A DNA stretch of 64,000 nt, from positions 186,818 through 250,817 of the IMG/VR virus record IMGVR_UViG_3300021338_000003; one strand, given 5' to 3'. Below are positions 63,284 to 64,000 of this stretch, piece after piece. The number at the start of each line of letters is the position of its first letter. Position 1 is the stretch's first letter. The notes beneath the pieces were generated by a model. That model saw nothing but the letters and a program-made list of their open reading frames with translations, had not been told where the DNA came from and made no database searches. Made by a program: the position numbers and the translations under genes.

Positions 63284-64000
63284 TTTTCTGCCTCGGCCTC
63301 AAAGAATCGCTGAAGGGCAAACCCGGAAACAGTCTGGCGTCTCCAAAGTTCCACCAGATTTGGCCCCTTCTTCTTACCCTTGCCGCCATTGTGAATGAGT
63401 TCGCAGAACGTCGTCCAATCCATGCTGACATCGTAATACCCCCTGATGCGGGGATATTTCATCTCCCCATCCTTGAAAACAGGATTGTGAAGATGGAGAG
63501 AAATGCGCTGCTTGCCTAGCCACTCAGCCTGACCGGTCATGATCAAACATTGGAAGATGTCATAGGCTATGTCGAGGCCCACCCCAGGACCACCACCCGT
63601 GCTGGTGTTGATCCGCATGAACGCCTGATGACCACCGGAGAACCCCTTGTTTTTCCTGATGGAAAGGTGGGCATACCCGTAGCGGTCCTTGCCCTTTCCG
63701 GTCCAGGACCGTTCCTTGACCAGACCACCCTTGTCAGCAGACCGGAAGTTCGGATAGGGAAGTTGGGTGTTTCCCTGACCGTTGGAAGACCGCTTGGCAA
63801 CGCGGACTCGGATATCAGAGTAGAACTTAAGGGCGTTACCTCCCTTCTCATATTCCGGGTTACCGAAAGAAACACCAGGCTTCTCACCGGTGTGGTTAGT
63901 GAAAATCATCGAGACGTTCTTGCGACCAAGAAGACGCTTGATCTTCCGAAGACCTCGGGAGTGAACACCCGCCGGTCCAGCCATGTTTTCCTTCTCGGGG
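63280..64000 (-). CDS. recA: RecA/UvsX recombinase, C-terminal part (5'-truncated by the window)
   Basis: MIFTNH...PEYEKGGNALKFYSDIRVRV...IRKNK; the frame stays open to the window end. Confidence 0.85.
   Translation of the reverse strand, partial: PEKENMAGPAGVHSRGLRKIKRLLGRKNVSMIFTNHTGEKPGVSFGNPEYEKGGNALKFYSDIRVRVAKRSSNGQGNTQLPYPNFRSADKGGLVKERSWTGKGKDRYGYAHLSIRKNKGFSGGHQAFMRINTSTGGGPGVGLDIAYDIFQCLIMTGQAEWLGKQRISLHLHNPVFKDGEMKYPRIRGYYDVSMDWTTFCELIHNGGKGKKKGPNLVELWRRQTVSGFALQRFFEAEAEK

Noticed and set aside
1-64000. Alternative genetic code (stop-codon recoding)
   Set aside because: Core genes are intact under the standard code, and TAA, TAG and TGA all terminate coupled genes.
1-64000. tRNA, rRNA, reverse transcriptase/DGR or retron elements
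   Set aside because: No cloverleaf or T-loop in intergenic space, no YxDD RT motif and no template/variable repeat pair noticed; a tRNAscan run would confirm.

Overview
64-kb GC-rich, densely coding segment of a large tailed dsDNA (jumbo-type) bacteriophage, standard genetic code. It holds the end of a tape-measure-like gene, a terminase large subunit with two inteins, portal, prohead protease, acidic scaffold, head-decoration-like protein and major capsid protein, neck/adaptor-like genes, a 1740-aa SNF2 helicase, and a replication/recombination block (RuvC-like resolvase, primase, Cas4-like nuclease, class II RNR NrdJ, Mre11/SbcD nuclease, RecA). Accessory genes include a PHB-depolymerase-like esterase, InPase, GNAT, GH46 chitosanase-like hydrolase, HD hydrolase and a cyclic-phosphate receiver domain. 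Accessory islands are driven by a family of 8 sigma70-type promoters sharing a TGCC(A/G)TG spacer motif. The most interesting signal is a family of unrelated small ORFs scattered over 40 kb that share a leader peptide MS(I/K)x(E/D)V(I/V)AKY..(T/E)A(S/A). The same (V/I)(T/E/N)A(S/A/G) ending recurs in the scaffold and capsid N-termini, suggesting a capsid-targeting and protease-cleaved cargo-loading system analogous to the T4 CTS but with a different sequence. No tRNA, rRNA, CRISPR array or reverse transcriptase was seen. All calls come from motif recognition by eye; no database search was run.
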